Origin: Candidatus Omnitrophota bacterium
GTDB lineage: Bacteria; Omnitrophota; Gorgyraeia; Gygaellales; Profunditerraquicolaceae
Reading direction: 5' to 3'
DNA length: 64,000 nt
Assembly (NCBI GenBank): GCA_041308845.1
Contig: JBFZAT010000026.1
Location: 41,102-105,101, forward strand
Positions 9,944-21,224 of the stretch are shown here, piece after piece. Made by a program: the position numbers and the translations under genes. The notes beneath the pieces were generated by a model. It was given only the letters and a program-made list of their open reading frames with translations, was not told where the DNA came from and ran no database searches. Position 1 is the first letter of the stretch. Every line of letters begins with the position of its first letter.

Positions 9944-11107
9944 ATGTCCGTTAAAGGTGATTATTACCAAATCCTGGGAGTTTCCAAGACTGCGGGTCTG
10001 GATGAAATCAAAAAGGCTTATCGTGAAATGGCGCTTAAATTTCATCCGGACCGCGTTCCTGCCGAAGAGAAGAAAACTGCGGAAGAAAAGTTTAAAGGTA
10101 TCTCTGAGGCCTATGCTGTGCTCTCGGATTCTACTAAACGTAATCTGTATGATCAATATGGGCATTCTGGTATCGACCAGAAATATGCTCAGGAAGATAT
10201 TTTTAAAGGAGCGGATTTTAGCAGTATATTTAGGGAGATGGGCGGTGGTTTTGGTGGCTCAAGCAGTATCTTCGAAGAGCTGTTTGGCGATTTGGGGTTC
10301 GACGTATCGGGTTCCCGGCAATCCCGTTCGCAAACTGCCAGACGGCGCGGCCGGGATTTGCAAATTGCTATTGAAATATCCCTGGAGGAAGCTGCTGGCG
10401 GCGTAGAGAAAATTATTACCGTGCCCCGCTATGAAACTTGTGCGGTTTGTTCAGGTAGCGGCGCTAAACCCGGGACTAAAAAAACAGTTTGTCCTCAATG
10501 CAGGGGCGCAGGTAAAACAGTGGTTTCTAATGGATTTTTTCAATTAGCGCAGACTTGTTCGCGTTGCGGCGGAGAGGGTACGTTGATCGCAGCGGCTTGT
10601 GCTGAATGCCGGGGAGAGGGCAGAGTTAAGATTACTAAAAAAATTAAAGTTAAAATCCCGCCCGGAGTGGATAACGGTTCTCAACTGCGTGTTCGTTCCG
10701 AAGGGGAGGCTGGAGTAAATAGCCGGGGAGATTTATATGTAATTATTGAGCTTAAGGAACATGCTATTTTCGCCAGACATAATAATGATATTGCTACTTC
10801 GGTGAATATTAGCTTGGCCAGAGCGGTTTTAGGCGGGGAAGTTGAAGTTCCGGCTTTAGACGGGAAATTAACAATGAAGATTCCGGCAGGTACTCAATGC
10901 GGTAAAACTTTCCGTCTTAAGGGTAAAGGTATTCCGGATCTACACTCCCGGGAGATGGGGGATGAGCTAATCAGGGTAGATATTGAAATTCCCACCCGCT
11001 TGACTGCTCAGCAGAGGCAATTGATTGAAGAATTTGCGCGTTTAAACGGAGAAAATTTAGGAGCTAAGGAAAGCTTTACGGATAAGTTCAAGAAAACATT
11101 TCGTTAA
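9944..11107 (+). CDS. dnaJ: chaperone DnaJ
   Basis: J-domain HPD motif, a G/F-rich region and four CxxCxGxG zinc-finger repeats. Confidence 0.95.
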   Translation: MSVKGDYYQILGVSKTAGLDEIKKAYREMALKFHPDRVPAEEKKTAEEKFKGISEAYAVLSDSTKRNLYDQYGHSGIDQKYAQEDIFKGADFSSIFREMGGGFGGSSSIFEELFGDLGFDVSGSRQSRSQTARRRGRDLQIAIEISLEEAAGGVEKIITVPRYETCAVCSGSGAKPGTKKTVCPQCRGAGKTVVSNGFFQLAQTCSRCGGEGTLIAAACAECRGEGRVKITKKIKVKIPPGVDNGSQLRVRSEGEAGVNSRGDLYVIIELKEHAIFARHNNDIATSVNISLARAVLGGEVEVPALDGKLTMKIPAGTQCGKTFRLKGKGIPDLHSREMGDELIRVDIEIPTRLTAQQRQLIEEFARLNGENLGAKESFTDKFKKTFR

Positions 11108-11247
11108 TTTAAGCTATTATGTTTAGGAATATAGCCAGATAGTTTGTGCTTAATAGTAAAATTAGTTTTCGGCGTAACTATCGGTTAGCAATCCGTGAAT
11201 TTTAAGTTGTATTGACTGATTTGACTAGATAATTAAAAGGAAAAAGA

Positions 11248-11514
11248 ATGCCTACTTATGAGTACGAATGTTTATCCTGCAAACATAAATTCGAAATTTT
11301 ACAGAGTATCACCGCCAAGCCTAAAACTAAGTGCCCGCATTGCGGTAAGAAGCTTAGGAAATTAATCAGTAGCACAGCCGGGTTTATCTTTAAGGGTACG
11401 GGTTTCTATGCCACTGATTACAAAAAGCCAAATAAATCGCCAGCTGCTTCTCCGGTTGGCGCATGTCCTAAAGCCAGCTCTGGTTGTGCTGGTTGTCCGG
11501 CCAAAAGTGAATAA
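11248..11514 (+). CDS. FmdB-family zinc-ribbon protein
   Basis: MPTYEYECLSCKHKFE...CPHCG matches the FmdB zinc-ribbon pattern. Extra Cys residues occur in the C-terminus. Confidence 0.65.
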   Translation: MPTYEYECLSCKHKFEILQSITAKPKTKCPHCGKKLRKLISSTAGFIFKGTGFYATDYKKPNKSPAASPVGACPKASSGCAGCPAKSE

Positions 11515-11594
11515 ATATATTTTAATTTATTGTTTTTAGTATATTATATGGTAAAATATTAGTTTAGAATAAATTAGATTCAGCTGGAATTTCT

Positions 11595-12884
11595 ATGAGC
11601 AAAACCAAAGCTTTTAAAGCGGTTGTCTATAATCCGGAAATAATCGGCGATCTTAAGCATGTTGTTTGCCCTCCGTACGATGTTATTTCACCTCAATCTC
11701 AGATTTTGTTTGCTGAGCGATCAGTGCATAATTTTATCCATATCCTTTTAGCTAAAGATTCCCCGCTGGATGATAAATACCGCCGTTCAGGAACGCTATT
11801 CCGTAATTGGCTTAAGGACGGGGTTTTGATGCAAGATGAAAAACCAGCTATTTATTTTTATAGTCAGCAGTATGTAATCCGGGGTGAAAAAAAGACCCGT
11901 TTGGGTTTTATCTCTTTGTTAAGATTGGGGGATGAAAAAAGTTCAGCTGTATTCGGCCATGAAAATACGCATAATGCTGCTAAACTAGACCGGTTTAAGT
12001 TGGTTAAGCAGGTTAAAGCTAACTTGAGCCCGATTTTTATAATTTTTATGGATAAGAAAAGGATTATCCAGCGTATCTTTCAGAAACAAATTCCGGCGCT
12101 GCAGCCTTTTATTGAGGTGACGGATGATGAAAAGACTACGCATAAGCTTTGGCGTTTGAATGATCCAGAGTTGCTGAAACTAGTGGAAACTAGTATGAAT
12201 AGCGAAAATATGTTTATTGCCGATGGACATCATCGTTATGAAGTTTCTTGCGCTTACCGGGATATGCAGCGGGAAAAACTGGGTGCCCAATTTACTGGGG
12301 ATGAAGATTTTAATTACTGCTTAGCTTATTTTACCAATACGGATTATCGGGGATTATCCATTCTCCCTATTCACCGTCTGCTTAAGTTGGATGCAGAGTT
12401 AGATCTGGATGATTTCCTAACTAAAGCTAAAGAGTATTTTGATATTGACCAGTTCAAGGATCGCACGCGTTTTTTCTTTTTACTGGAAAAAGCCGGTTGC
12501 GCCGAGCATCTGTTAGGATTTTATGCGGATAAGAAATATTTTCTTTTACGCTTAAAGAATGTCAAAATGCTGGATAAGTTGATTGCGGATAAGCCTAAAG
12601 AGTACCGGATACTAGATGTAGCGATACTGAATTACTTGGTTCTTAAAAATATTCTTCAATTGGACTTACACAATTTAACTACGATTGAGTACAATCCGGA
12701 TCCTTACGCATTAATGGCAGAAGTGGATAATGATCCTTTAAAAGTTGCCTTTTTCTTAAATCCGGTTAAAATTCAGCAGATAATTAATATTGCTATTAGC
12801 GGTAATAAAATGCCTCCCAAATCTACTTATTTTTATCCTAAGGTGCTTTCTGGACTGGTGGTGAATAAATTCGAAAAGGAATGA
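11595..12884 (+). CDS. DUF1015 (COG4198) family protein of unknown function
   Basis: About 430 aa with the conserved N-terminal PPYDVIS motif typical of DUF1015. Confidence 0.55.
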   Translation: MSKTKAFKAVVYNPEIIGDLKHVVCPPYDVISPQSQILFAERSVHNFIHILLAKDSPLDDKYRRSGTLFRNWLKDGVLMQDEKPAIYFYSQQYVIRGEKKTRLGFISLLRLGDEKSSAVFGHENTHNAAKLDRFKLVKQVKANLSPIFIIFMDKKRIIQRIFQKQIPALQPFIEVTDDEKTTHKLWRLNDPELLKLVETSMNSENMFIADGHHRYEVSCAYRDMQREKLGAQFTGDEDFNYCLAYFTNTDYRGLSILPIHRLLKLDAELDLDDFLTKAKEYFDIDQFKDRTRFFFLLEKAGCAEHLLGFYADKKYFLLRLKNVKMLDKLIADKPKEYRILDVAILNYLVLKNILQLDLHNLTTIEYNPDPYALMAEVDNDPLKVAFFLNPVKIQQIINIAISGNKMPPKSTYFYPKVLSGLVVNKFEKE

Positions 12885-13726
12885 GCATGGCTTTATTTGG
12901 TAAACCGAAATATACCATTGTCCGCTTAAAGAAAAAAGAAATTCCCGATGGTTTATGGACTAAGTGCGAGGAATGCTCTGAAACTCTCTATAATAAAACC
13001 CTGGAAGAAAATTTCAGGGTTTGTCCTAAATGTAATTATCATTTTAGCTTAACTGCTTATGAAAGGATAAATCTATTGCTGGATGAGGGGACTTTTAATG
13101 AATTCGACAAAGAGATGGTTTCAGCGGACCCACTCGATTTTAAAGGCCCTAAGACTTATAAAGATAAAATAAAACAGGATCAGGAACATACTGGGTTAAA
13201 GGATGCTGTAATTTCCGGGGAAGGTAAGGTTCAATCCCGGCCGGTAGTAGTAGCGGTTACCGATTCGCGTTTTATTATGGGGTCGATGGGGTCGGTAGTC
13301 GGGGAAAAAATCACCCGGGCGATTGAGTACGCTACAAAAAATAAGCTTCCGATGATTATCGTTTCTGGTTCCGGAGGAGGGGCGCGTATGTATGAAGGTT
13401 TATACAGTTTAATGCAGATGGCCAAGACTTGCGCTGCTCTAACTTACCACCGGAAAGCCAAGTTAGCCTATATTTCGGTTCTTACTAATCCTACTATGGC
13501 TGGAATCATGGCTTCTTTTGCCGGAGTAGGGGATATAATTATGGCTGAGCCTAACGCTCTTATTGGTTTTACTGGCCCCCGGGTTATTGAACAGACCATC
13601 CGGCAGAAGTTACCCGCTGGTTTTCAGCGTTCGGAATTCTTATTAGAGCACGGTTTGATTGACATGATTGTGCATCGGAAGAATATGAAAATAGTTTTAA
13701 GTCAATTGCTTGACTATTTTTCTTAA
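12881..13726 (+). CDS. accD: acetyl-CoA carboxylase carboxyltransferase beta subunit
   Basis: N-terminal zinc ribbon CEEC...CPKC and a carboxyltransferase domain. Confidence 0.9.
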   Translation: MSMALFGKPKYTIVRLKKKEIPDGLWTKCEECSETLYNKTLEENFRVCPKCNYHFSLTAYERINLLLDEGTFNEFDKEMVSADPLDFKGPKTYKDKIKQDQEHTGLKDAVISGEGKVQSRPVVVAVTDSRFIMGSMGSVVGEKITRAIEYATKNKLPMIIVSGSGGGARMYEGLYSLMQMAKTCAALTYHRKAKLAYISVLTNPTMAGIMASFAGVGDIIMAEPNALIGFTGPRVIEQTIRQKLPAGFQRSEFLLEHGLIDMIVHRKNMKIVLSQLLDYFS

Positions 13727-13737
13727 TTTTGTATAAT
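13710..13737 (+). promoter_or_regulatory. strong sigma70 promoter TTGACT-N16-TATAAT (TG directly upstream of the -10)
   Basis: TTGACT 13710-13715 overlaps the accD 3' end; TATAAT 13732-13737. It is positioned to drive the ABC ATPase gene at 13812. Confidence 0.55.
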
Positions 13738-13811
13738 AATAAAAGTTTATTTTAATTATCAGCAGAGTTAATTCTTAATAACCAGCATGCAAGCCTACAG
13801 GGAGTAAGGAA

Positions 13812-14915
13812 ATGGCCCAGGTAAGTTTAAGAGATGTCTGTAAGGTTTTTCCGGGTAATGTGACTGCGGTAAATAAAGTGAATTTAGGGATTGAAAATAA
13901 AGAGTTTATGGTGCTGGTCGGGCCCTCTGGTTGTGGTAAATCTACTACCTTAAGAATGATTGCAGGTTTAGAGGAAATCAGCTCTGGGGATGTTTATATC
14001 GGGAACAAACGGGTTAATGATGTCCCGGCTAAAGACCGGGATATTGCCATGGTTTTTCAAAACTACGCTCTTTATCCACACATGACGGTTCAGGAAAATA
14101 TGTCATTCGGTTTAAGGCTTAGGCATTTATCCAGGCAGGAAATTAACCAACGGGTAAATGAAGCGGCTGAAATTCTAGGAATTAAAAGATTATTAGACCG
14201 TAAGCCCCGCGAGCTTTCCGGAGGGGAGCGCCAGAGAGTAGCTGTCGGAAGGGCAATCGTCAGAAAGCCGATGGTTTTTTTATTCGATGAACCTTTAAGT
14301 AATTTGGATGCCAAAATGCGCGTGCAGATGCGCACCGAAATACATAAATTACATATTCGCCTGCAGACTACTATTATTTATGTCACTCATGATCAAGTGG
14401 AAGCTATGACGATGGGTGATCGTATTGCCGTGATGAAGGATGGATTGATTGCGCAACTTGGCGATCCAATCGATGTTTATGACCATCCGAAGAATAAATT
14501 TGTTGCTAGTTTTATTGGTTCCCCCCCGATGAATTTTATGCAGGGCAAAATTATTAAAAAAGAGGGGAAGTTATATTTTGATGAAGGTAAAATTCAGGTT
14601 AAGCTGGTAGAGGATATGTTCAAGAAGATGGCTAACTATGTTGAGCGGGAGGTTTTCTTTGGTATCCGCTCTGAAGATATCTATGATAAATTATTTGTTT
14701 CCCAGGCTCCTCCGGAAAATATTGTCCGGGTTAATTGCGAGGTTTTTGAGCCGATGGGGTCTGAGGTTTATCTCTACTTGAATACGGGTAAGCATACCTT
14801 TATTGCCCGGGTCAGCGCGCATGACCGTCCCAAAGTGAACCAGGAAATGGATGTGGTTTTTGATATGAGTAAGGTGCATTTCTTCGATAAAAATACCGAA
14901 GAAACAATCTGTTAA
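13812..14915 (+). CDS. ABC transporter ATP-binding protein, MalK/UgpC/MsiK type (sugar importer ATPase with C-terminal TOBE-like domain)
   Basis: Walker [13 protein letters not shown] signature LSGGERQRV, Walker [12 protein letters not shown], and a ~120-aa regulatory C-terminus. Confidence 0.85.
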   Translation: MAQVSLRDVCKVFPGNVTAVNKVNLGIENKEFMVLVGPSGCGKSTTLRMIAGLEEISSGDVYIGNKRVNDVPAKDRDIAMVFQNYALYPHMTVQENMSFGLRLRHLSRQEINQRVNEAAEILGIKRLLDRKPRELSGGERQRVAVGRAIVRKPMVFLFDEPLSNLDAKMRVQMRTEIHKLHIRLQTTIIYVTHDQVEAMTMGDRIAVMKDGLIAQLGDPIDVYDHPKNKFVASFIGSPPMNFMQGKIIKKEGKLYFDEGKIQVKLVEDMFKKMANYVEREVFFGIRSEDIYDKLFVSQAPPENIVRVNCEVFEPMGSEVYLYLNTGKHTFIARVSAHDRPKVNQEMDVVFDMSKVHFFDKNTEETIC

Positions 14916-14945
14916 GGCCGCAACACCTTCTTAGTTAAAAGCTCT

Positions 14946-16229
14946 ATGCAGCAAAATATTACCCGCAAAAAATTCTGGTTGTATTTATTATCCTTGGCCG
15001 GGTTGCTTTTGATCGGTAGTTTCGTTTTCTTCCCACAAAAAATTTCTCCGTTTCTTTTTCTCGTATTTATTCTGATCAACGTTTTTATTTCTATTTTCCT
15101 GCTTAAGTTTTATTCGGATAAAATTCAACTGAACCAGTCCCGCTGTGAACATGATCAAGAAGCAATCAATATTGTACAAGTCGTAAATAAAAAAAGCCAA
15201 GAGTATAATCTGGCTTTAAAATCGAAAATCCAGCGTTACAATAATTTAAAAAAATTAATCGAGGATCTTAACCTGAGCTTGAAGCTAGATATCTTAATCC
15301 GGGTTTTAAGCTCAACCGTTTACACGTTGATCTCCGATAGTACTGGTTTGGCATTATTTTATTTATTGGACAATCATCGTCAAAAGCTTAATCTGGTCTA
15401 TTCAATCAAAGAGCAAAGTGATCTGGTAGTATTGGCTAAAGAAGGGGATATTTTTGATCAATGGGTTTTGAGGCATTCTAGCCAGCTATTAATCGAAAAT
15501 CTAAAAAGTGATTTTCGTTTCGATGCCGGTAGCATCCGCAGTCAGGAAATGCGCGAAGTTGCATCTTTAATTAGTTCGCCGTTGGTCAGTAATAATTCTT
15601 TACTGGGATTGTTGCGGCTAGAAAGCAGAAATGATAATTTTTTCAACCAGGATGATCTGCGCTTTCTTTCTTTGGTAGCAGATTTAGGGTCAGTGGCTCT
15701 GGAGAACAGCCTACTTTTTCAGAAGACGCAGGATTTGGCTATCCATGATGACCTCACCGCTTTATACACCCGTAATTATTTTATTGATCGTTTACGAGAG
15801 GAGGCTAAGCGCTGCCAGCGCTTGGATCAGCATTTGTCGCTTATGATGATCGATATTGATTTTTTTAAACAGTACAATGATAAATTTGGTCATATTGCCG
15901 GAGACTTGGTGTTAAAACATCTGGGAATATTATTAAAGAATGAATTGGCGGCATATAATCCTTTAATCTGCCGCTTTGGGGGGGAAGAATTTTTAGCGAT
16001 GTTTTCCGGAATAGATAAAAAGAGATCGTTAACCATCGCGGAGGCTTTACGGCAGAGGATTCAAAAAGAAAAAATTACTCTGCGCCGGCAAGATACGCAG
16101 ATAACCGTTTCTATTGGAGTGGCTAGTTTACCTTTGGACACCAAAGATGAAGATGAATTAGTCCAGAAAGCGGATAAGTCGATGTACGCCGCTAAGGGAA
16201 AAGGCAGAAATCAAGTATGTTCAATATAA
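14946..16229 (+). CDS. membrane-anchored GAF-GGDEF diguanylate cyclase
   Basis: Two N-terminal TM helices, a GAF-like middle, and a GGDEF domain with an intact RFGGEEF active site. Confidence 0.8.
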   Translation: MQQNITRKKFWLYLLSLAGLLLIGSFVFFPQKISPFLFLVFILINVFISIFLLKFYSDKIQLNQSRCEHDQEAINIVQVVNKKSQEYNLALKSKIQRYNNLKKLIEDLNLSLKLDILIRVLSSTVYTLISDSTGLALFYLLDNHRQKLNLVYSIKEQSDLVVLAKEGDIFDQWVLRHSSQLLIENLKSDFRFDAGSIRSQEMREVASLISSPLVSNNSLLGLLRLESRNDNFFNQDDLRFLSLVADLGSVALENSLLFQKTQDLAIHDDLTALYTRNYFIDRLREEAKRCQRLDQHLSLMMIDIDFFKQYNDKFGHIAGDLVLKHLGILLKNELAAYNPLICRFGGEEFLAMFSGIDKKRSLTIAEALRQRIQKEKITLRRQDTQITVSIGVASLPLDTKDEDELVQKADKSMYAAKGKGRNQVCSI

Positions 16230-17212
16230 TTTTATATTTAATTATTACTTTGGCTATTAGTTTATTACTAAGAGAATTTTTTGTGAGCCAAATAAGAGAG
16301 CAACAGAGGCATGTCCTTGATTTAACCGATGAGCTTAAGCGTTCCAACCTTTCAAATGAACAATTAAATTTAGAAAATAGTTTACTGACTAAAAAGCTTG
16401 AAGACACATTAGCCCTTTATGAGTTAACTAAAGATATATGCCGGAGTTTAGATGAAGAAAAAGTGTTTGCTATTTTTAAGCAAAATTTAGATAAACATTT
16501 GGGGCCGGGTGATTACCGCTATATTAAAAATAGTTCGGATTTGATAAAATATACAAATTATACTGTTTTACCTTTAAAGTTAGAGGGTGATCAAATCGCC
16601 GGCTATTTGGCAGTGGATAGAATCTTAGAAACCGATAAGGAAAAGTTCGGAATTTTGGTCCAGCAATTTATGATTGGCTTAAGAAGGGCATTACTTTATC
16701 AAAAGGTCCAAGCTTTAACGATTATGGACGTTTTAACCGGGGTTTATTGCCGCCGGTACTTTTTAGAGCGTTTTAGCGAAGAACTTAAACGCGCAAAAAA
16801 GAATAAATTGGCTTTAGCTTTTCTGATGATTGATATAGATAATTTTAAGCAATTCAATGACCGTTACGGGCATCTGGTTGGGGATGCGATATTACGCCAG
16901 GTTTCTAAGACCATCCGGGATGCGGTCAGACAGATTGATTTTATCGGCCGTTACGGAGGTGAAGAAATAGTCGTAATTTTAGCCGAAACCGGTAGGGAGC
17001 AGGCTAATTTTGCCGCTGAGCGTATCCGGCAGGCAATTACTGCCGAAGTAATCAGGGTCTATGATGAAGAAATTAGAGTGACTGTTAGTATCGGGGTAGC
17101 TACTTTTCCGGACAATGCTCTGAATATGCAAAATTTGATTGAACTGGCGGATCAGGCTTTATATTTAGCCAAGGAAACCGGCAAGAACAGGGTGTGTTTT
17201 TCTCCGGCCTAA
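16217..17212 (+). CDS. GAF-like-GGDEF diguanylate cyclase
   Basis: N-terminal TM and coiled coil; GGDEF domain with RYGGEEI. Overlaps the previous DGC by 13 nt. Confidence 0.8.
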   Translation: MFNIILYLIITLAISLLLREFFVSQIREQQRHVLDLTDELKRSNLSNEQLNLENSLLTKKLEDTLALYELTKDICRSLDEEKVFAIFKQNLDKHLGPGDYRYIKNSSDLIKYTNYTVLPLKLEGDQIAGYLAVDRILETDKEKFGILVQQFMIGLRRALLYQKVQALTIMDVLTGVYCRRYFLERFSEELKRAKKNKLALAFLMIDIDNFKQFNDRYGHLVGDAILRQVSKTIRDAVRQIDFIGRYGGEEIVVILAETGREQANFAAERIRQAITAEVIRVYDEEIRVTVSIGVATFPDNALNMQNLIELADQALYLAKETGKNRVCFSPA

Positions 17213-17375
17213 TTACTCGCCTTAATAGCAGGGGTATGAACAATCTTATTTAGGCTGTAGTAATCAGAAATAATTTTAGTTTTCGGCAGCGCATAGAGGC
17301 ACCAGTGGATATTTCTGGTAAGGCTTGATCGCGCTCAGTGATATTTGTTTATAAGCCAAACGTTCATTAAATCCC

Positions 17376-17404
17376 TTGTAAATCCTTATGTTTTAAGATA
17401 AAAT
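17376..17404 (+). promoter_or_regulatory. sigma70-like promoter TTGTAA-N17-TAAAAT; the predicted TSS is at or near the glk ATG
   Basis: TTGTAA 17376-17381 and TAAAAT 17399-17404; ATG at 17412. No SD-like purine tract lies between them (sequence is acctccc). Confidence 0.45.
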
Positions 17405-17411
17405 ACCTCCC

Positions 17412-18338
17412 ATGGTTAAAAGATTCATAATTGCAATTGATCTAGGTGGTACTAATCTAAAGTGTGCTTTATTGGATTCCAGGTTAAAGATTAAGGCCAG
17501 AAGTTCTTTAGACACAAAGAGTTTTAACAATAAGTCTAAGCTGATTACTGGGATAACCGATTCAGTAGCGGCTTTTATTCTAAATCAAGGATTAAATCGA
17601 TCGGTTATTGCGGGGGTAGGTATCGGCGTGCCTGGTCCAGTGAATACTTTAAAGGGCATTGTGCATTTTTTACCGAACATCCCAGGGTGGAAGGAAGTCA
17701 ATCTGAAAGCAATCTTAGAAAGAAGAACCGGGTTGCCGGTTTTTATTGATAATGATGCCAAATTAATGACTCTAGCTGAACATAAAACTGGAGCAGCCAG
17801 GAATTATAGAAACGCATTATGCTTAACTTTGGGTACAGGGGTTGGAGGAGGCTTGGTAATTAATAATTCAATCTACCGAGGTTCCGATAATGCTGCTGGT
17901 GAACTCGGGCATTTTCCGCTTAATCCTAAAGGTCCGCTTTGCGGCTGCGGGGCGCGGGGGTGTTTAGAAACTTATGTTGGTAACCAGCGCATTATTAAAC
18001 AGGCTCGCAAGCTGTTCGGTCCGCGTATCAGCTTAGAAAGAGTAACCCAAATGGCCGCAAAGAATAACTTTCAAGCTATAAAATTTTGGAGTCAAGTGGC
18101 TAGAAAACTGGGGATAGCTTTAAGCGGAATTATTAATTTGCTTAATTTAGATGTGGTGGTTATCGGCGGCGGGGTCTCGGGGGCCGGTAAAGTTTTATTT
18201 AAAAATATTAAAAGCACTGTTTTTCAGCAGGCTATGCGGGTGCAGGCCAGAAGAGTAAAGATTGTTAAGGCTAAATTAGGTAAAGACGCTGGTATTATCG
18301 GAGCCGGCTATTTAGTTAAGGAAAGGTTAAGTCAATGA
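17412..18338 (+). CDS. glk: ROK-family glucokinase
   Basis: [10 protein letters not shown]-terminal motif and the ROK zinc motif [10 protein letters not shown]. Confidence 0.8.
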   Translation: MVKRFIIAIDLGGTNLKCALLDSRLKIKARSSLDTKSFNNKSKLITGITDSVAAFILNQGLNRSVIAGVGIGVPGPVNTLKGIVHFLPNIPGWKEVNLKAILERRTGLPVFIDNDAKLMTLAEHKTGAARNYRNALCLTLGTGVGGGLVINNSIYRGSDNAAGELGHFPLNPKGPLCGCGARGCLETYVGNQRIIKQARKLFGPRISLERVTQMAAKNNFQAIKFWSQVARKLGIALSGIINLLNLDVVVIGGGVSGAGKVLFKNIKSTVFQQAMRVQARRVKIVKAKLGKDAGIIGAGYLVKERLSQ

Positions 18339-18994
18339 AAATCTTTATCGATACAGCGAATGTTAACGAAATAAAGCAAGCCTGTAATCTAGGGTTAATC
18401 GACGGAGTAACTACTAATCCGACATTGATGGCTAAGGAAGGGCGGAATCCTGAGCAGGTGCTCAAGGAGATCTGTGCTTTAGTTAATGGCCCGGTCAGTG
18501 CCGAGGTGATCAGTTTGGATTCTGCCGGCATGCTCAAAGAAGCGCGCGGATTGACTAAGCTGGCCAAGAATATTGTTGTTAAAGTGCCGTTAACTATTGA
18601 GGGTTTAAAAGCTGTAAACATTTTAGCGGCCGAAGGTATTAAAACTAATGTTACGCTTTGTTTTTCCCCGGCCCAGGCATTATTGGTAGCTAAGGCTAAA
18701 GCAACCTATGTCTCTCCTTTTATCGGCCGCCTGGATGATATTGCCCAGGAGGGGATGCAGTTAATCGCGGATATTAAGAAAATATATATGAATTATGATT
18801 TCGAAACTCAAATTATCGTTGCTTCCGTGCGCAATCCGGTGCATGTAGTTAATGCCGCTTTAATCGGGGCGGATATTGCTACTATTCCTTATGCGGTAAT
18901 CGAACAATTGGTTAAACATCCTTTAACTGAAACTGGCATCAACAGATTTCTACAGGATTATAACAAAATTTCTCAATTGAATAATGATAAATAG
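18335..18994 (+). CDS. transaldolase / fructose-6-phosphate aldolase (short TalC/FSA family)
   Basis: 219 aa, [13 protein letters not shown]...GVTTNP, with the Schiff-base Lys region characteristic of the FSA/Tal subfamily. Confidence 0.8.
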   Translation: MKIFIDTANVNEIKQACNLGLIDGVTTNPTLMAKEGRNPEQVLKEICALVNGPVSAEVISLDSAGMLKEARGLTKLAKNIVVKVPLTIEGLKAVNILAAEGIKTNVTLCFSPAQALLVAKAKATYVSPFIGRLDDIAQEGMQLIADIKKIYMNYDFETQIIVASVRNPVHVVNAALIGADIATIPYAVIEQLVKHPLTETGINRFLQDYNKISQLNNDK

Positions 18995-21206
18995 AATAGA
19001 TATATACTTTCGGGGTATACAGCTGAGCTTGGTTTTGATCCTGGTTTGTATTCTAGGGACGGGTTTGTTGTTTGCCCAGCCTGTCAAAGATTCGCCGATG
19101 ATTATTAACGGTGATAATGTTGAATATTCCGCTGATAGCCAGGAGGTAGTGGCGACTGGGAATATTGAGGTGATTTACAAAGGAACTAAATTAACTTGCA
19201 ATAGATTAAAAGTAAATATGCAGACCAAAGAAGCTTTGGCTGAAGGAAATGCTCGGATCCAGGATGCTCGGGGTATTGTAACTGGAGAAAAAATTATTTA
19301 CGATTTTACGAATAAAACCGGAATTATCTATAATGCTGATTTTCGTGCTAATCCCTATTTCGGGAAAGCCAGGAAGCTGCAGAAAGTCAGTGAAAGCGAA
19401 TTTATATCCAAACATGGTTATTTCACTACCTGTAATTTAGAACATCCTCATTACCGCTTTGCGACTAAAAAAATTAATATGTTCCCCGAGGATAAAGTGC
19501 AGGCAAAAGAAACCACGCTTTATCTGTGGAACATCCCTTTAGTCTATCTACCGCGGTTGAACTACTCGATGAAAGAGCCAATTATGCATGTTCAGGTAAA
19601 ACCCGGCAGGCGCAAGGATTGGGGTCCTTTTATCTTAAGTGCTTGGCGTTATAATCTGACGGATAATTCAAACCTGAGAATTTTCCTAGATTACCGTACT
19701 AAGCTAGGTATAGCTGAAGGTTTTGATTTAAACTACCGTTCTCCGTCCACCGGCAGGGGCGATTTTAAATTTTATTATACCAATGAAAAAACGGATGATT
19801 TGCCGGCTGGGGCACCTAAAGAATTTCAACGTTATTTCTTGCGTTGGCGTCATAAATGGGATATTGGCCCGCGGACTAATTTGATTGCTGAATTTTATAA
19901 AATTTCTGACGCCCGGCGTAAATATGAAAATTTCCCGGCCCCTAATCTTAACGCGCATAACATTCTACAGGATTATTTTTTCCGAGAATACGAAAAAGAT
20001 TCTCAGCCGCTGACCTATGCTTTATTTCACCATGCTTTTGACTATTCTAGCTTGGATGTGTTTTTACAGAAGCGTACTAATCATTGGTTTGATCAGTTAG
20101 ATAAACTTCCGGAGATCAATTATAATTTGCCTAGTTTACGCCTTGGGCAAACCCCGTTGTATTTCGATCATTCCAGCCAATTCGGGATTTATAATAAGAA
20201 GGCCGAAACCGCGCCGCTTAGCGCTGACGATGTTACGCTCACCCGCTTAGACATTACCAACCGGGTATCTTTACCGATGAAGTTGGGTTTTTTACAATTT
20301 AAACCCTTTGTTTCTTCCCGGCAAACCCTTTATGATAAGGGAGCCAACGGTCAAAGTCAGATTGTGCGTTCGGTATTCTATAGCGGTGTGGATATGAGCG
20401 CTAAATTTTACCGGTTGTTCGATGTCCAGACTGACCTTCTGGGTTTAGGTCTAAATGGTTTACGCCATATAATTACTCCTACTCTAGGTTATCTGTATAC
20501 TCATGCCCCGAGTATCCCGATCAGTAATCTTAGGCAAATAGATGCAGTAGATGCGATTAACCGCGGGAATACTTTAACCTTTAGCCTATCAAATAAATTG
20601 CAAACTAAGCGCAATGGTCAAAGCGTAGATTTCCTGGATTTTTTGATTACCAGCGAATATATCTTGGATCCTAAGACCGGGGACAATGCCTTATTAATTC
20701 CTCGTACCGGTGAAAAATTGAAAAGCGATTTTTCGGATATTATCTTTAAATTAAAAGTGTTACCGTATTCCTGGTTGAGGCTGGAATCGGAACTTACCTT
20801 TGAGCATTCTGATCAGAGCAATGCCAATTATAATAAATTTGCCTTGGTTAATTACAATTTGATTTTTGATTTAGGTAAAGAACGCGCATTTTCCATTGGC
20901 CAGCGTTATGAACGAAAAGGCTATAATGAAGTTACCGCTGCTTTTAACTGGCGGATCAGTCCGAAATGGAAATTTGGTATTTATCAGCGTTATAACTTTA
21001 AAGAATCTTCTACTTTAGATAAAGGCTTTCAAGAGCAGGAGTATACTTTAACTCGCGATCTGCATTGCTGGGATTTCGATATTAGCCTGAACAGAAAAGA
21101 GGACACCGGAACCACGCTCTATTTTACCTTCCGGCTTAAAGCTTTCCCCGAGAATGAATTCGGATTCGATCAGAAAATGAGCGAAAAAAGATCCGGAGCG
21201 CAATAA
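18984..21206 (+). CDS. lptD: LPS-assembly outer-membrane protein LptD (OstA)
   Basis: Signal peptide, N-terminal OstA-like domain ([15 protein letters not shown]...GNIEV) and a large C-terminal beta-barrel region; 740 aa. Confidence 0.75.
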   Translation: MINRIDIYFRGIQLSLVLILVCILGTGLLFAQPVKDSPMIINGDNVEYSADSQEVVATGNIEVIYKGTKLTCNRLKVNMQTKEALAEGNARIQDARGIVTGEKIIYDFTNKTGIIYNADFRANPYFGKARKLQKVSESEFISKHGYFTTCNLEHPHYRFATKKINMFPEDKVQAKETTLYLWNIPLVYLPRLNYSMKEPIMHVQVKPGRRKDWGPFILSAWRYNLTDNSNLRIFLDYRTKLGIAEGFDLNYRSPSTGRGDFKFYYTNEKTDDLPAGAPKEFQRYFLRWRHKWDIGPRTNLIAEFYKISDARRKYENFPAPNLNAHNILQDYFFREYEKDSQPLTYALFHHAFDYSSLDVFLQKRTNHWFDQLDKLPEINYNLPSLRLGQTPLYFDHSSQFGIYNKKAETAPLSADDVTLTRLDITNRVSLPMKLGFLQFKPFVSSRQTLYDKGANGQSQIVRSVFYSGVDMSAKFYRLFDVQTDLLGLGLNGLRHIITPTLGYLYTHAPSIPISNLRQIDAVDAINRGNTLTFSLSNKLQTKRNGQSVDFLDFLITSEYILDPKTGDNALLIPRTGEKLKSDFSDIIFKLKVLPYSWLRLESELTFEHSDQSNANYNKFALVNYNLIFDLGKERAFSIGQRYERKGYNEVTAAFNWRISPKWKFGIYQRYNFKESSTLDKGFQEQEYTLTRDLHCWDFDISLNRKEDTGTTLYFTFRLKAFPENEFGFDQKMSEKRSGAQ

Positions 21207-21224
21207 ATCTAAAGGTATAAACCA

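Noticed and set aside
11162-11173. 12-mer TTAGTTTTCGGC present twice, in the intergenic regions after dnaJ (11162-11173) and after the second GGDEF gene (17276-17287), each 50-70 nt past a stop codon
   Set aside because: It is only 12 nt and sits in AT-rich sequence. Chance recurrence cannot be excluded, and flanks are not conserved. It is worth a genome-wide count before calling it a repeat or 3' UTR motif.
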